Source: Gonapodya sp. JEL0774 (taxonomy: Eukaryota). Taken from it: DNA of 20,030 nucleotides. A program made the position numbers and the translations under genes. A model generated the notes under the pieces. That model did not search any database. It saw only the letters and a list, made by a program, of their open reading frames with translations, and was not told where the DNA came from. How positions within the stretch are numbered: position 1 is the first letter of the stretch; the number at the start of each line of letters is the position of its first letter. The stretch spans positions 124,001 to 144,030 of the forward strand of contig JADIIX010000055.1 of NCBI GenBank assembly GCA_027604505.1. Direction: 5' to 3'. Below are positions 19,385 through 20,030 of the stretch, one piece after another.

Positions 19385-19879
19385 GTCGGGGGTGGTTGGG
19401 TGTGGGGGGGGTGGTGTATGGTGTAGTTTGGTGGGGTGGCAGGCGGGGAGGCAGGGTGATTAGGAGGGTGGAATAAGACTTTTGCACTCATTGTCAACTG
19501 TTTGGAAGTGGCTTGGGTGGCTGCTTTTCTACCCCACCACTTCGGTGCGTACTCGCCTGTGTGCACTTTCACCGCCCACACCACCATACCCTGTGCTCCT
19601 GTAACCTGTCTTGTGTTGTTCCCCCGTCCGTATTTGGGTTTGGGCGCGCTCGACTCGTTCCGCATCCCCCACACCGGGCCTTGCCGTGCGCGGTGCTGGT
19701 TGTGCGGCGTGCAGTGCCCGCCGCGCCGGCGCCCACCTACGGCCACAGGGGGGCATGCCTCAAGATATGTTGTTGTGTGCTGTGCGCGGGCGCCGGGCGT
19801 ACCGCATGTTGGTTGCGGGGTTTGTACTGTACTGCGTGTTGGGGGTTGCAAGGTTGGGGTTCGCGTTTCATGTGTGACG

Positions 19880-20030
19880 CTTTTTCCTGACCCCCTTAAG
19901 TCTTTTATCTGACCCACATCGGTACTTTTATCTGACTTGTGTATAATTAAATTGTACTCTATTCTGACTGACGGCGCTTTAATCTGACCTTGCGGTTCTT
20001 TTATCTGCCCCAATCGTCTTTTATCTGACC
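19880..20030. repeat. Phased array of 7 copies of CTTTTATCTGAC(C) with non-repeating spacers, truncated by window end
   Basis: Copies start at 19880, 19902, 19925, 19957, 19977, 19998 and 20018 (spacings 22, 23, 32, 20, 21, 20 bp). Confidence 0.85.

Noticed and set aside
19333..20013. 226-aa minus-strand ORF beginning with GQIK repeats
   Set aside because: The peptide repeats derive from the DNA motif array, the start is non-ATG, and the rest is antisense to the RPL28 3' region without coding features.
19880..20030. CRISPR array interpretation of the repeat-spacer pattern
   Set aside because: The repeats are only 12-13 bp and non-palindromic, the spacers are about 7-20 bp, the context is eukaryotic and no cas genes are present.

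Overview
Eukaryotic, intron-dense genomic DNA, most likely from an early-diverging (chytrid-like) fungus. This is an inference from the fungal-type kinesin-1 tail, short GT-AG introns of about 55-100 nt and CTAAC/CTGAC branch points. I reconstructed five spliced genes by hand, and exon phases check out in each: (1) kinesin-1 heavy chain (+, 5' end outside the window, to 3720); (2) a 13-exon beta-lactamase-fold/family VIII serine hydrolase (-, 5978-3873) that the ORF track largely misses; (3) a TM9SF/EMP70 nonaspanin (+, 7360-10095); (4) an ACAP-type BAR-PH-ArfGAP-ankyrin protein with a 21-nt microexon and a long low-complexity tail (+, 10426-16197, spanning a 10-N gap); (5) ribosomal protein eL28/RPL28 (+, 18210-19384). 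The strongest non-obvious signal is a two-hairpin box H/ACA snoRNA in RPL28 intron 2, whose 3' pocket fits the LSU rRNA site of yeast Psi2191. Other signals are a competing stop-introducing 5' splice site in RPL28 intron 1 and a phased array of a 12-13 bp motif (CTTTTATCTGAC[C]) running off the right edge. I found no prokaryote-type system, CRISPR array or recognisable transposase ORF. All calls were made by eye and no database searches were run.
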